64,000 nucleotides of DNA. Origin: an uncultured Gammaproteobacteria bacterium. Its GTDB lineage: Bacteria; Patescibacteriota; Patescibacteriia; UBA1558; UBA10009. This document shows, piece after piece, positions 1 to 8,700 of this stretch (position 1 is the first letter of the stretch; every line of letters begins with the position of its first letter). The notes below the pieces were generated by a model. The model was not told where the DNA came from and did no database searches. It worked only from the letters and a program-made list of their open reading frames with translations. Location of the stretch: positions 74,031-138,030 of the forward strand of contig CAZPMS010000003.1 in the NCBI GenBank assembly GCA_964588165.1, in the 5' to 3' direction. Both the position numbers and the translations under genes were made by a program.

Positions 1-1082
1 ATAGTGTTTCTTTTTTGCCTGTCACAGGCATTTAAAAGTGATCCCAACGGAAAATTTAAAAATAAAAACATTAAACTAACTACCAAAATCTGCAAAGTTA
101 AAATAGAGGGTTCATATTCCGGAGTGTAAACTTTTAAAATTAGCGGCTTAGCTAAAGCTATTGCTCCAAGTGTAATAGGTACAGCAATTATACCTAAATA
201 AACCATAGCTTTTTCAAAAGTTTTCCTTAATAAATCTTTTGAACTAACAAAGTAAGATGCGAAGGCCGGATATAATGAGGCCACAAAAGCCATAGGAATA
301 AACTGCAGAGAGAAAACAATTTTATAAGGAATACTGTAATAGCCTACGGCCGTTTCATCTATCATTTGGTTTAGTAAAACCGTATCCAGATAACCGTAGA
401 CCCTAGTAAAAATAGCAGCCAAAGCAAATGGGATTGTAATGATGATGATTGACTTAATTATTGGTTTTTCTGCCTTCTTAAAAAATTTAAGTTTGAGTTT
501 GGTTTTTATTAAAGTAAAAGAATAGATGAAGTTGAAACTACTGGCCGCAAGTATTGCCAACATTAAAATTCTTAAATCACCGGTTAGATTTACTATAGTA
601 ATACCAATAACGGTAACAATTAGCTGGAAGATGATGGTACCAATACTTTCCAATTTTAAATTTTGGTGTCCACGTAGGAAAGCATAAAAAGTTAAAGTAA
701 ATGAATCCAAAACCATTATAATGCCGGTGATATAAACTAATTGACGAACCAGTTCGGGATTATCTAAAAAGTTAATTAAAACTACAGCCAATAAATAAGT
801 GAAAATTGCCAAAGGTATTTTAATGGCCATGGCTGCTGATAAATACTTCTGGCTTTTTTCTTTGTATTTAGATACTTCCCTTACTAAAACGTTGGAAATG
901 CCAATATCTATTATTACCGCCAAAATGGTGGTAAAGAATAAAGCAAAAGCATATTGGCCCAGATTAGCCGCCCCGATTTTGACTGCAATATACGAAAAAT
1001 ATCCAAATGAAATTAGCTTTTGGATAATTAAGGCCAGCGTAAAATAGCTGGTGTTTTTAGCAATTTTTTCTTCGTTATACAT
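1..1082 (-). CDS. Wzx-type polysaccharide flippase (3' end runs off the window)
   Basis: Manual translation from ATG at 1082 gives MYNEEKIAKNTSYFTLALIIQKLISFGYFSYIAVKIGAANLGQYAFAL..., a typical flippase N-terminus with many TM segments. Absent from the ORF track because it is truncated. Confidence 0.85.
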   Translation of the reverse strand, partial: MYNEEKIAKNTSYFTLALIIQKLISFGYFSYIAVKIGAANLGQYAFALFFTTILAVIIDIGISNVLVREVSKYKEKSQKYLSAAMAIKIPLAIFTYLLAVVLINFLDNPELVRQLVYITGIIMVLDSFTLTFYAFLRGHQNLKLESIGTIIFQLIVTVIGITIVNLTGDLRILMLAILAASSFNFIYSFTLIKTKLKLKFFKKAEKPIIKSIIIITIPFALAAIFTRVYGYLDTVLLNQMIDETAVGYYSIPYKIVFSLQFIPMAFVASLYPAFASYFVSSKDLLRKTFEKAMVYLGIIAVPITLGAIALAKPLILKVYTPEYEPSILTLQILVVSLMFLFLNFPLGSLLNACDRQKRNT

Positions 1083-1169
1083 AGAAAAAGTGGGCTTATT
1101 ATACCAAAAATAAAGGTATTTGTAAAAAAATACCCTTTCCACAATTAGTTGTGTACTCGGGTATTAAGT

Positions 1170-2108
1170 TTAGGCTTCAAAAGACCTGGTGCCAGAAAGG
1201 AGCAGGCCGATTTTCCTTTCTACCTCGTTAAGTTGAGTAGGAATGAGTTCATATCCTGCCTGTTGGAATTCTTCCACTAAATCATCCAAGTTAGGCAAAG
1301 AAATGGTCTCGTTCCCAGGGACCAAATTTGGTTTGTAAGGAGAAAGTTTTACCATGAACAAATCTGGAGAAAGCACTTGAACAATTTCCTCCACCCGGCA
1401 GTGCGATGTTGTGGTTAGAGTAAAAGCTAAGGTTGGTTTTCTGCCAGTTTGCTCCAGCCATTCTTCGGCCACCTTTCTGATTTTCCAATCATTCATCAAG
1501 GCCTGCCGCCCATACTGTTGCCGGATATCTTGGCTGGTACTAACCATGGAAATCTGCAGATGGATTATATTGCTGTAAAGTTGGTTAAAGCTTATCAATG
1601 AATCCAAATTCTCCCTAACCAACTCACTATCCGGCAAAACTGTTGAAACTTTAAGATAAGCCGGCAGTACTTCCGTTAGTTTTCCAATAATTTGCATGCA
1701 ATCTGGGTTTAACAATAGTTCCCCTCCGTCAGTAAAACTAAACTTAAACGGAGGCCTTATTTGGGCTCCTACTTTTTGTGCTTGCTGTACCAAAATTGCT
1801 ACCTGTTCTACAACTTCACTTACTTCCAAATTTCTACTGAACCCTGGTACGCCACAAAACGGACAATTGAATCTACATCCAATCTGAGGCGATAACTCAA
1901 AAGTTGACCCTCTGTCTAAAAAATCATTTGGAAATAAAGTGAAGGTAGTTATTCTTCTTGGCTCTTGATTCGCATAATTTACAAAGGCCGTAACAAACTT
2001 ATCTCCAAAAACGTTAAACTCACCCGACCTGACTTTTAAGACATTTGTTAGGTTAATGGCAGTTTCTGCAAAAGATTGAACAGATTGCCTGCTCTGGGCT
2101 AAACACAT
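1170..2108 (-). CDS. Divergent RlmN/Cfr-like radical SAM protein
   Basis: SPQIGCRFNCPFC (CxxxCxxC in RlmN-like context) and RNLEVSEVVEQV. SD AAGGAG precedes ATG at 2108; the ORF track starts at 2138. Confidence 0.75.
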   Translation of the reverse strand: MCLAQSRQSVQSFAETAINLTNVLKVRSGEFNVFGDKFVTAFVNYANQEPRRITTFTLFPNDFLDRGSTFELSPQIGCRFNCPFCGVPGFSRNLEVSEVVEQVAILVQQAQKVGAQIRPPFKFSFTDGGELLLNPDCMQIIGKLTEVLPAYLKVSTVLPDSELVRENLDSLISFNQLYSNIIHLQISMVSTSQDIRQQYGRQALMNDWKIRKVAEEWLEQTGRKPTLAFTLTTTSHCRVEEIVQVLSPDLFMVKLSPYKPNLVPGNETISLPNLDDLVEEFQQAGYELIPTQLNEVERKIGLLLSGTRSFEA

Positions 2109-2135
2109 AGTATCTCCTTTTTTGAAAAGAACAAA

Positions 2136-2259
2136 CAAAAAAGATCTCCGTTGTAGGAGCTCTTTGTAATTTTTTATCTTATATATTTAATCAAAGAAGT
2201 CCCACAACGTTTAATCGAGGTTTCTTGATTTTCTTTGAATTTAAATATATATTTCTCAT
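2136..2259 (-). promoter_or_regulatory. Leader-peptide transcription attenuator (22-aa uORF at 2191-2259, alternative hairpins, U-tailed terminator at 2136-2165)
   Basis: uORF MRNIYLNSKKIKKPRLNVVGLL*. Mutually exclusive 1:2, 2:3 and 3:4 pairings are visible, and a TTGACA promoter lies about 30 nt upstream. Confidence 0.7.
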
Positions 2260-2335
2260 CCTGAGATAATATTATCACAAACCATAATTTTGTCAAAACT
2301 TGAAAAAATAGCCAACAAAGAGTAGAATTCTTAGT

Positions 2336-3307
2336 ATGTCTAACTTCTGGGAAAAACTGAATAAGCCTTTTACTGTCCTCTCCCCTATGTGCGGAGTGAC
2401 TGATTTGCCGTACCGTCTAATCTGCCATAAATACGGTGCTGATGTGGTTTATACTGAAATGATTATGGTCCAAGCCTTAAGCCATGGTGGTGAGAAGACG
2501 TTAAGGCTGGCAAAAATTGATAAAAAAGAAAAGCCGGTCGTTTTACAACTGGGCGGCAAAGATCCGGAACTTTTTTATAAATCTGCCAAAATTGCAGCTG
2601 ATGAGATAAAACCGGACGGGATTGATATTAACTTTGGCTGCCCTGCTAAAAAAGTAGCCGGCCATGGCAGTGGCGTGGCCTTGCTTAGAGATTTAAATTT
2701 AGCTAAAGAAATTACCCAAGCCACTATAGAGGGTGCCAGCGGACTTCCAGTTTCTATAAAAACAAGGTCCATGATTAAATCTAAGGACAAAAGTAAAACA
2801 ATTACCAGTTTGGATTTACTTGATAAGATTAATGACCTGCCTATTGCTGCTGTAATGATCCATGGTCGGAGTTTTGAAGCACCTTGGATAGAAGAAGTTG
2901 ATTATGATTATATAAAAAGTGTAAGGGATTATTATAAAGGAATTTTAATTGCCAATGGTGGCATTAATGAACCAGCTAAAGCCAAAAAAGTTTTAGATAT
3001 TACTAAAGCTGACGGTGTGGCTATTGGCCACGGTGTTTATGGCCGGCCCTGGATTTTTAACCAGATTAAACAATACCTCAAATCCGGTAAATTTGATGAA
3101 ATGAGTTGGCCTGAAAAAAGAAAAATTGCCATAGAACATGCCAAGCTGGCTTACAAACTTAAAGGTGACCACGGATTGATTGAACTGCGGAAACAACTGT
3201 TGTGGTATGTAAAAGGCCTGCCTAATGCCACTGATTACAGATCTACTCTAGTAAGACTTAAAGCTGTTGATGAAATAAAAAAAGCTTTAATGGATATTAA
3301 CCTTTAG
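2336..3307 (+). CDS. dus: tRNA-dihydrouridine synthase (DusB-like)
   Basis: LSPMCGVTD, IDINFGCP, IHGR and IANGGI motifs. Confidence 0.92.
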   Translation: MSNFWEKLNKPFTVLSPMCGVTDLPYRLICHKYGADVVYTEMIMVQALSHGGEKTLRLAKIDKKEKPVVLQLGGKDPELFYKSAKIAADEIKPDGIDINFGCPAKKVAGHGSGVALLRDLNLAKEITQATIEGASGLPVSIKTRSMIKSKDKSKTITSLDLLDKINDLPIAAVMIHGRSFEAPWIEEVDYDYIKSVRDYYKGILIANGGINEPAKAKKVLDITKADGVAIGHGVYGRPWIFNQIKQYLKSGKFDEMSWPEKRKIAIEHAKLAYKLKGDHGLIELRKQLLWYVKGLPNATDYRSTLVRLKAVDEIKKALMDINL

Positions 3308-3974
3308 AGCTTTTGATCTTTTTATCACCTTCTTTTTTAGTCTTATTATAAGAATCAATTAGAATTTTATGCATATATAAAACTCCTTCAATATATTTAC
3401 CTTTATCAGCCAAATTTAAACTATCTAAATACTTATTTTTATTTTTACTAATAATAAAATTTATTAGTACCGGGAAAGATATTTCTGACAACCCTTCATA
3501 TCTTAAAACAAGGCACATTAATAACCTAGCCATTCTTCCATTTCCATCTACAAAAGGATGAATAATTATAAATTTATGGTGAATATACCAAGCAATGAAA
3601 ATTTTATAGAAAATTCTTTTATCTATTACTTTAAGATTTTTATAATTCTTTACATTTTTAATAAAATGTTTCCTATATTTCGGTCCCCATTTATGCTTAT
3701 TATTAATAAAATCGATTAAGTCAATAATTTCACTTTCAATTTTCCATGCTTTAGTTGGACTAAATGTTTTCTTTGCAATTTCCAGTTTATGTAATTTAGT
3801 TCTATACTTACCTGCATCTTTAGGCTTATGTGCTAATAAATCTTTATGAATCATTAGAAAAAAACTCCCTCTTAAGCGGAGTTTATTTCTCTTAAATCTA
3901 TCTAAGTAGAAAGCTGCATTTTGAGATGCCTTATATAGATTTTTTACCTCTTTAATAGGTAAATTCTTAGACAT
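3297..3974 (-). CDS. Fic-domain protein
   Basis: Canonical HPFVDGNGRMAR motif. Probable ATG at 3974; the ORF track extends to TTG 4004. Confidence 0.85.
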   Translation of the reverse strand: MSKNLPIKEVKNLYKASQNAAFYLDRFKRNKLRLRGSFFLMIHKDLLAHKPKDAGKYRTKLHKLEIAKKTFSPTKAWKIESEIIDLIDFINNKHKWGPKYRKHFIKNVKNYKNLKVIDKRIFYKIFIAWYIHHKFIIIHPFVDGNGRMARLLMCLVLRYEGLSEISFPVLINFIISKNKNKYLDSLNLADKGKYIEGVLYMHKILIDSYNKTKKEGDKKIKSSKG

Positions 3975-3978
3975 ACTT

Positions 3979-4158
3979 CTAATTAGAAATCTTCTGACTT
4001 TCAATTTTTACAGAGCTTTCACTTTCAATATAAAATAAATCTTTAGTTATACTTTTACGTTTTTGTTTGCCGAGCTTTTTAAAATCATTAAAAGACTTCC
4101 TATAACCATTGTAGGCACTGTGAAATTTTTCTAATTCTTTCTTATTTAAAGCGACCAT
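3979..4158 (-). CDS. 59-aa ORF with Fic inhibitory-helix-like motif (antitoxin, or frameshifted Fic N-terminus)
   Basis: MVALNKKELEKF...FYIESESSVKIESQKISN*. Contains S-x-x-x-E and stops 4 nt before the Fic ATG. Confidence 0.55.
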   Translation of the reverse strand: MVALNKKELEKFHSAYNGYRKSFNDFKKLGKQKRKSITKDLFYIESESSVKIESQKISN

Positions 4159-4226
4159 TTTAATTTTTTAATAGACTTTTTAGTAGCTAAAATATTATAC
4201 TATATATATCAAATAAACTCAAGCAA

Positions 4227-4258
4227 CAAAAAACCCGCCAATTTGACAAGGTTTTTTA
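4227..4258 (-). terminator. Intrinsic terminator after rpsI
   Basis: aaaaaaccc...gggtttttt inverted repeat with A/T tails. Confidence 0.55.
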
Positions 4259-4301
4259 TATAAAATTTTTGATACGTGATATACGATACAAGATACACAA
4301 T

Positions 4302-4883
4302 TTACCTCTTTGCCCACTGTGGCGCACGTCTGGCTCTTTTTAAGCCAGGTTTTTTTCGTTCTTTTTTTCTGGAATCTCTGGTTAAATAACCTTCGCCTCT
4401 TAAAGTTTTCTTTAGGCTTTCATCCATTTTTAGTAAAACTCTGCCTATGCCATGCCTTACAGCTTCGGCCTGGCCTCTTTTGCCGCCACCAGTAACTTTT
4501 ACAGTAACTCTGTATTTGCCTAAAAAATTTAGTTTTTTAAATGGCGCTTCTACAATTTGTTGATATTCAAAAAATGGAAAATATAATTTATAATCTTTTT
4601 CATTAACAATAATTTCACCTTTATTATCTTTAGTATATAAACGTACTCTGGCAGTTGAAGTTTTTCTTCTGCCCACAGCATAAAGATAAGGTAATTTTTT
4701 TACCCGCTTTGCCGGAGCCGAAGCGAGGCGAGCCACCTTTTTAGGTTTTACAGCCTCTGACTCTTTTTTAACAAGAGGTTTTTTTTCGCCCGAAGCGGAT
4801 CTGCCTTTGGCGGAAGCTTTTGGTTTAGCAGGAGCTTTTTTCTCAGTTTTCTTCTTTGGAGTTGTTTTCTTAGTAGTTGGCAT
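4302..4883 (-). CDS. rpsI: 30S ribosomal protein S9 with Lys-rich N-terminal extension
   Basis: GRRKTSTARVRL, GGGKRGQAEAVRHG, KERKKPGLKRARRAPQWAKR. Confidence 0.97.
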   Translation of the reverse strand: MPTTKKTTPKKKTEKKAPAKPKASAKGRSASGEKKPLVKKESEAVKPKKVARLASAPAKRVKKLPYLYAVGRRKTSTARVRLYTKDNKGEIIVNEKDYKLYFPFFEYQQIVEAPFKKLNFLGKYRVTVKVTGGGKRGQAEAVRHGIGRVLLKMDESLKKTLRGEGYLTRDSRKKERKKPGLKRARRAPQWAKR

Positions 4884-4884
4884 A

Positions 4885-5265
4885 TTAACTAATGGTAAGT
4901 CTTTTTATCATTTCTTTTCTTAATTTATTTTTTGGCAGCATTTGGAAAACCATTTTTCTAAATAACTTATCTGGATTTTCTTTAAAAATTTTAGATAAAG
5001 GAGTTGTTTTTATACCACCCGGATACTGGGTATGCCTGTGATAAACTTTTTTTTCTAACTTTTTACCTGTAAATTTTAATTGGGAAATATTTTCTATAGC
5101 CACAAAATCACCCTGGTCTAAATGAGGTTGGTAATTAACCTTATGCTTGCCCATCAATAAAATGGCCACCTCCGAAGCTAATCTTCCGGGCACTTTGCCG
5201 GTTGCATCTATTTTATGTTTTTCTCTGCCCGCCGGATTGGAGGGACTGATATTTTCTGGAGTCAT
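4885..5265 (-). CDS. rplM: 50S ribosomal protein L13 (short)
   Basis: IDATGKVPGRLAS...LMGKHK...GD...YPGG...MLPKN. Confidence 0.96.
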   Translation of the reverse strand: MTPENISPSNPAGREKHKIDATGKVPGRLASEVAILLMGKHKVNYQPHLDQGDFVAIENISQLKFTGKKLEKKVYHRHTQYPGGIKTTPLSKIFKENPDKLFRKMVFQMLPKNKLRKEMIKRLTIS

Positions 5266-5270
5266 ATAAT

Positions 5271-5621
5271 TTAAACAAATTCAATTTGGGCCATTTTGGC
5301 ACCGTCGCCTTTCCTGGGTCCCATTTTAATTATTCTTAAATAACCGCCCTTTCTTTCTTTATATCTTGGCCCTAATACCTCAAAAGCTTTTTTAACGGCA
5401 TTCTTAATAGGCAACCTAGAAATTATTAAACGCCGGTTGGCCAAAGTGTCTTTTTTAGCCCTGGTAATAATTTTTTCTACAATTGGCTTAACTGTTTTAG
5501 CCTTGGCTTCAGTTGTTTTAATTTTTTCGTACAAAATTATTTGGCAAGCTAAACTGCCCAGCAAGGCTTTTCTGGGAGCTTTTTTTCTATCTAAAATTTT
5601 CTTTTTATTCCTGTGTCTCAT
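5271..5621 (-). CDS. rplQ: 50S ribosomal protein L17
   Basis: MRHR...IKTTEAKAK...GGYLRIIK...RKGDGA. Confidence 0.97.
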   Translation of the reverse strand: MRHRNKKKILDRKKAPRKALLGSLACQIILYEKIKTTEAKAKTVKPIVEKIITRAKKDTLANRRLIISRLPIKNAVKKAFEVLGPRYKERKGGYLRIIKMGPRKGDGAKMAQIEFV

Positions 5622-5687
5622 ATATTAATAATTGAAAATTGATGACTAATGACTGATTATAATTTATTAATCATCGATCATTAATTT

Positions 5688-6572
5688 TTATTTATCAGTT
5701 TTTTTAGGTCTGCCTCTTTTTTTCTTAGGTTTATCTTCTTTATCCTCCGTAGCCTCAGCAGAGGAAGATTCCTCTTTTTTTATTTCTTCTTTCTCTTCTT
5801 TATCGTCTGTAGCTTCCTGACTGCCGGCAGGCACGGCAGTGGAAGAAGATTTTTTGGCTTTCTTGGTTTTCTTTTTTGCTTCTTTAGGAGTGCTTTCTTC
5901 AAAAATAAATTGGAATTGTTCCACTAAAATTTCACTGGCCTTGGCAATTGCCTCTTGTGGAGTGATAGAACCGTCAGTTTCCAGTTTTAAAACAAGTTTT
6001 TCAAAGTCTGTCCTGTCGCCAACACGAATATTTTCAATTTCAAAACCAACACTAACCAATGGAGAGTAAAAAGCGTCTACTAAAATTGTGCCTGTATCAA
6101 TTTTTTCTTTAGACCTATCATCAACAGTTACATATCCCCTGCCTTTTTCTACAATAAGTTCCATTTCTAAAGCTGCATCTTTGGAAGTTAAAGTTGCAAT
6201 TTCTGCATCACTATTAATAATTTCTACTTGGGCGTTCTTTTCGATATCAGCGGCAGTAACTTTTTTTTCGCCCTTGGCATTAAGCTTTAGAATAACCGGC
6301 TCATCAGAAAAAAACTTAAGCCTTATTTTTTTAATGTTTAAAACCAATTCAACCATATCTTCTTTTATATTTGGCAGTGCTGAAAATTCATGTTGAGTGC
6401 CTTCAATTTTTACAGCAGTTATGGCAGCGCCTTCTATAGAAGAAAGCAAAACCCTTCTTAAAGAATTTCCCAAAGTAACACCATAGCCGGAAAAGCAAGG
6501 GCCAATACTTACCTCGGCTTTATTGCCTTTGGCTTCTTTAATTTCTAAATTTTGTGGTAATGGTATATTCAT
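5688..6572 (-). CDS. rpoA: RNA polymerase alpha subunit (NTD plus low-complexity tail, no canonical alpha-CTD)
   Basis: GYGVTLGNSLRRVLLSSIEG, HEFS, GRGYV; C-terminal K/E-rich tail. Confidence 0.96.
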   Translation of the reverse strand: MNIPLPQNLEIKEAKGNKAEVSIGPCFSGYGVTLGNSLRRVLLSSIEGAAITAVKIEGTQHEFSALPNIKEDMVELVLNIKKIRLKFFSDEPVILKLNAKGEKKVTAADIEKNAQVEIINSDAEIATLTSKDAALEMELIVEKGRGYVTVDDRSKEKIDTGTILVDAFYSPLVSVGFEIENIRVGDRTDFEKLVLKLETDGSITPQEAIAKASEILVEQFQFIFEESTPKEAKKKTKKAKKSSSTAVPAGSQEATDDKEEKEEIKKEESSSAEATEDKEDKPKKKRGRPKKTDK

Positions 6573-6630
6573 ATAACCTCCGTTGAATTTTTAATTTTAA
6601 CTTTTGAAATTTATAATTTATAATTTATTT

Positions 6631-7266
6631 CTATCTTGAATAAAACTCAATTATTAACTGCGGATCAAATGGTGCTTGGAGTTCTTCTTTTTTGGGCAAG
6701 GCCACCATTTTACCTTGAAAATTTTTAGCATCTAAAGTAAGCCAACCCGGCACTTCTGAAACTTTTTCCAATTTAGGAGCTCTGGTTTGCCAATATGTTT
6801 TCTTGCGATAAGAATCTTTAACTTCAAAAACATCACCAACTTTTACCTGATAACTGGGAATATCCAATTTTTTGCCATTTACAACAAAGTGGGCGTGGTT
6901 AACCAATTGCCTAGCTTGGTCTCTGCTATCGCCAAAACCGCATCTATAAACCACATTATCCAAACGGGTTTCTAAAAGTCGTAGCAGATTTTCTGAAGTA
7001 TCGCCTGCCTGCTTATTAGCCTTAAGATAATAGTTATGAAACTGTTTTTCTAAAATCCGATACATTCTTTTAGCCTTCTGTTTCTCTCTTAAACGGATTC
7101 CATAGCCGGAAAGCCTATTAAACTTTTTCATGGGTCCATGAACACCCGGCGGATATGGCCTTTTTACAATTGGATTTTTAGAAGAAAAGCTTTTTTCACC
7201 CTTTAAAAAAAGTTTGGTTCCTTCTCTTCTTTCTATTTTACCTTTTGGTCTTAAATCTCTTCCCAT
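6631..7266 (-). CDS. rpsD: 30S ribosomal protein S4
   Basis: LREKQK, LETRLDNVVYR, ARQLVNH, IIEFYSR. Confidence 0.97.
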   Translation of the reverse strand: MGRDLRPKGKIERREGTKLFLKGEKSFSSKNPIVKRPYPPGVHGPMKKFNRLSGYGIRLREKQKAKRMYRILEKQFHNYYLKANKQAGDTSENLLRLLETRLDNVVYRCGFGDSRDQARQLVNHAHFVVNGKKLDIPSYQVKVGDVFEVKDSYRKKTYWQTRAPKLEKVSEVPGWLTLDAKNFQGKMVALPKKEELQAPFDPQLIIEFYSR

Positions 7267-7313
7267 ATATTAATTAATGATTGATAATTGATGATTAATT
7301 ATTTAAATCTTTC

Positions 7314-7385
7314 CCTACCTGCCTCGCTCTGCCTCGCCGGCAGGCAGGCGGCAGGCTGGCTAGCTAGCTACTAGCTACTCGCTAG
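7314..7385. repeat. CCTGCC..GGCAGGCAGG-type palindromic element plus CTAG-containing short repeats
   Basis: cctgcctcgctctgcctcgccggcaggcaggcggcagg followed by ctagctagctactagctac. Confidence 0.6.
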
Positions 7386-7780
7386 ACTCTTCTTGGTTTT
7401 CGTGGCCTGCAACCGTTATGAGGAATAGGCGTCATGTCTTTAATTGATAAAACTTCTATGCCGTTGGCATGTAAAGCCCTTACAGCCGATTCCCGACCAG
7501 AACCCACGCCTTTAACAAAAACTTCAACCTGTTGCATTCCGGTATCTTTAATTTTTTCAACAACGTTTCTTACAATAATTCCGGCAGCATAAGGAGTAGA
7601 CTTTTTAGGCCCTTTAAAACCGTTTTGGCCAGCGGATGAACTTGCCACAACGCTGCCATTTTGATCGGTAATGGTAATAATAGTATTATTATAAGTTGCT
7701 AAAATATGCGCCTGTCCGCGCCTGATATTTCGCTTTACTTTCTTTTTTCTTTTTTTAGTAACTTTTTTTACAGTTGCCAT
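7382..7780 (-). CDS. rpsK: 30S ribosomal protein S11
   Basis: TYNNTIITITD, KKSTPYAA, TPIPHNGCRP. Confidence 0.97.
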   Translation of the reverse strand: MATVKKVTKKRKKKVKRNIRRGQAHILATYNNTIITITDQNGSVVASSSAGQNGFKGPKKSTPYAAGIIVRNVVEKIKDTGMQQVEVFVKGVGSGRESAVRALHANGIEVLSIKDMTPIPHNGCRPRKPRRV

Positions 7781-7904
7781 TTTTTTAATAGAATAATAGC
7801 TTAATAGTGTAATTGTGAAATTGTCTATTTTATTAATTCGTTTATTTGTCTGATAATTTTCATCTCAATTAACCTATTATACAATTACACAATAAGTCAA
7901 TTAA

Positions 7905-8297
7905 TTATGTTTTCTGAGCAGTTGGTTTTCTGCCACTACCCATAGTTCTTCTTTTATTACCTCTAGAAGTTCTGGAATTAGTTTTTGTTCTTTGGCCCCT
8001 AGCCGGTAAATTTTTAGAATGCCTGGCGCCTCTATAACTTTTAATTTCCTTTAATCTTTTAATATTTGATAAAACCTCTCTTCTTAATTCACCCTCTACT
8101 TTGAATTCCTTTTCAATATAATCTCTCAAATTTTTACCTTCTGTATCAGTTAAATCTTTAACTCTGGTATCGGGGCTAATATTTAATTCAGTCAAAATCT
8201 TTCTGGCCCTAGTTGAACCAACGCCATAAATAGCCAAAAGACCTGCTTCTATTCTTTTTTCATTTGGTAAGGTTATGCCTGCTATTCTTAATGCCAT
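7905..8297 (-). CDS. rpsM: 30S ribosomal protein S13
   Basis: RIAGI, IYGVG, LPARGQRTKTN. Confidence 0.97.
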   Translation of the reverse strand: MALRIAGITLPNEKRIEAGLLAIYGVGSTRARKILTELNISPDTRVKDLTDTEGKNLRDYIEKEFKVEGELRREVLSNIKRLKEIKSYRGARHSKNLPARGQRTKTNSRTSRGNKRRTMGSGRKPTAQKT

Positions 8298-8374
8298 AAA
8301 ATTTAGTAAATAGTAATTAGTAACTGGTAACTAGTTTATTTTTGATTACTGATTACTAGTTACTAGTCCCCGAC

Positions 8375-8488
8375 TTATCCCTGCCTCTGTTTATGTTTAG
8401 GATTTTTGCATAAGCAAACCAAGCGGCCTTTTCTTCTGACCACTTTACAATCTTTGCACATCTTTTTTACTGAAGCACGAACTTTCAT
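8375..8488 (-). CDS. rpmJ: 50S ribosomal protein L36
   Basis: Manual translation [37 protein letters not shown]; below the ORF-track cutoff. Confidence 0.97.
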   Translation of the reverse strand: MKVRASVKKMCKDCKVVRRKGRLVCLCKNPKHKQRQG

Positions 8489-8532
8489 TTGTTTATTTAA
8501 TCTTTTTAATAATTAATATTTATTCTAAATCA

Positions 8533-8584
8533 GTCCTGAGCTTGCCGAAGGGCACATCTTTTTTACTGAAGCACGAACTTTTAT
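8533..8584 (-). pseudogene. Dead duplicate of the rpmJ 5' end (ATG->ATA) fused to a CCTTCGGCAAGCTCAGGAC element
   Basis: 8552-8581 is identical to 8456-8485 (30 bp); gtcctgagcttgccgaagg abuts it at 8533-8551. Confidence 0.75.
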
Positions 8585-8700
8585 AAATATTTAGGTAATT
8601 TAGGATGCTAGGAGGTTAGGAAATTAGTTAAATAAAAAATTAGTTAAAAATATTAATCTTCTGTTATTCTGTCATTCTAACCTTCTGTCATTCTAAAAAC

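Noticed and set aside
1170-2108. Naming the gene rlmN or cfr
   Set aside because: The catalytic Cys residues and the MGMGEP motif are missing.
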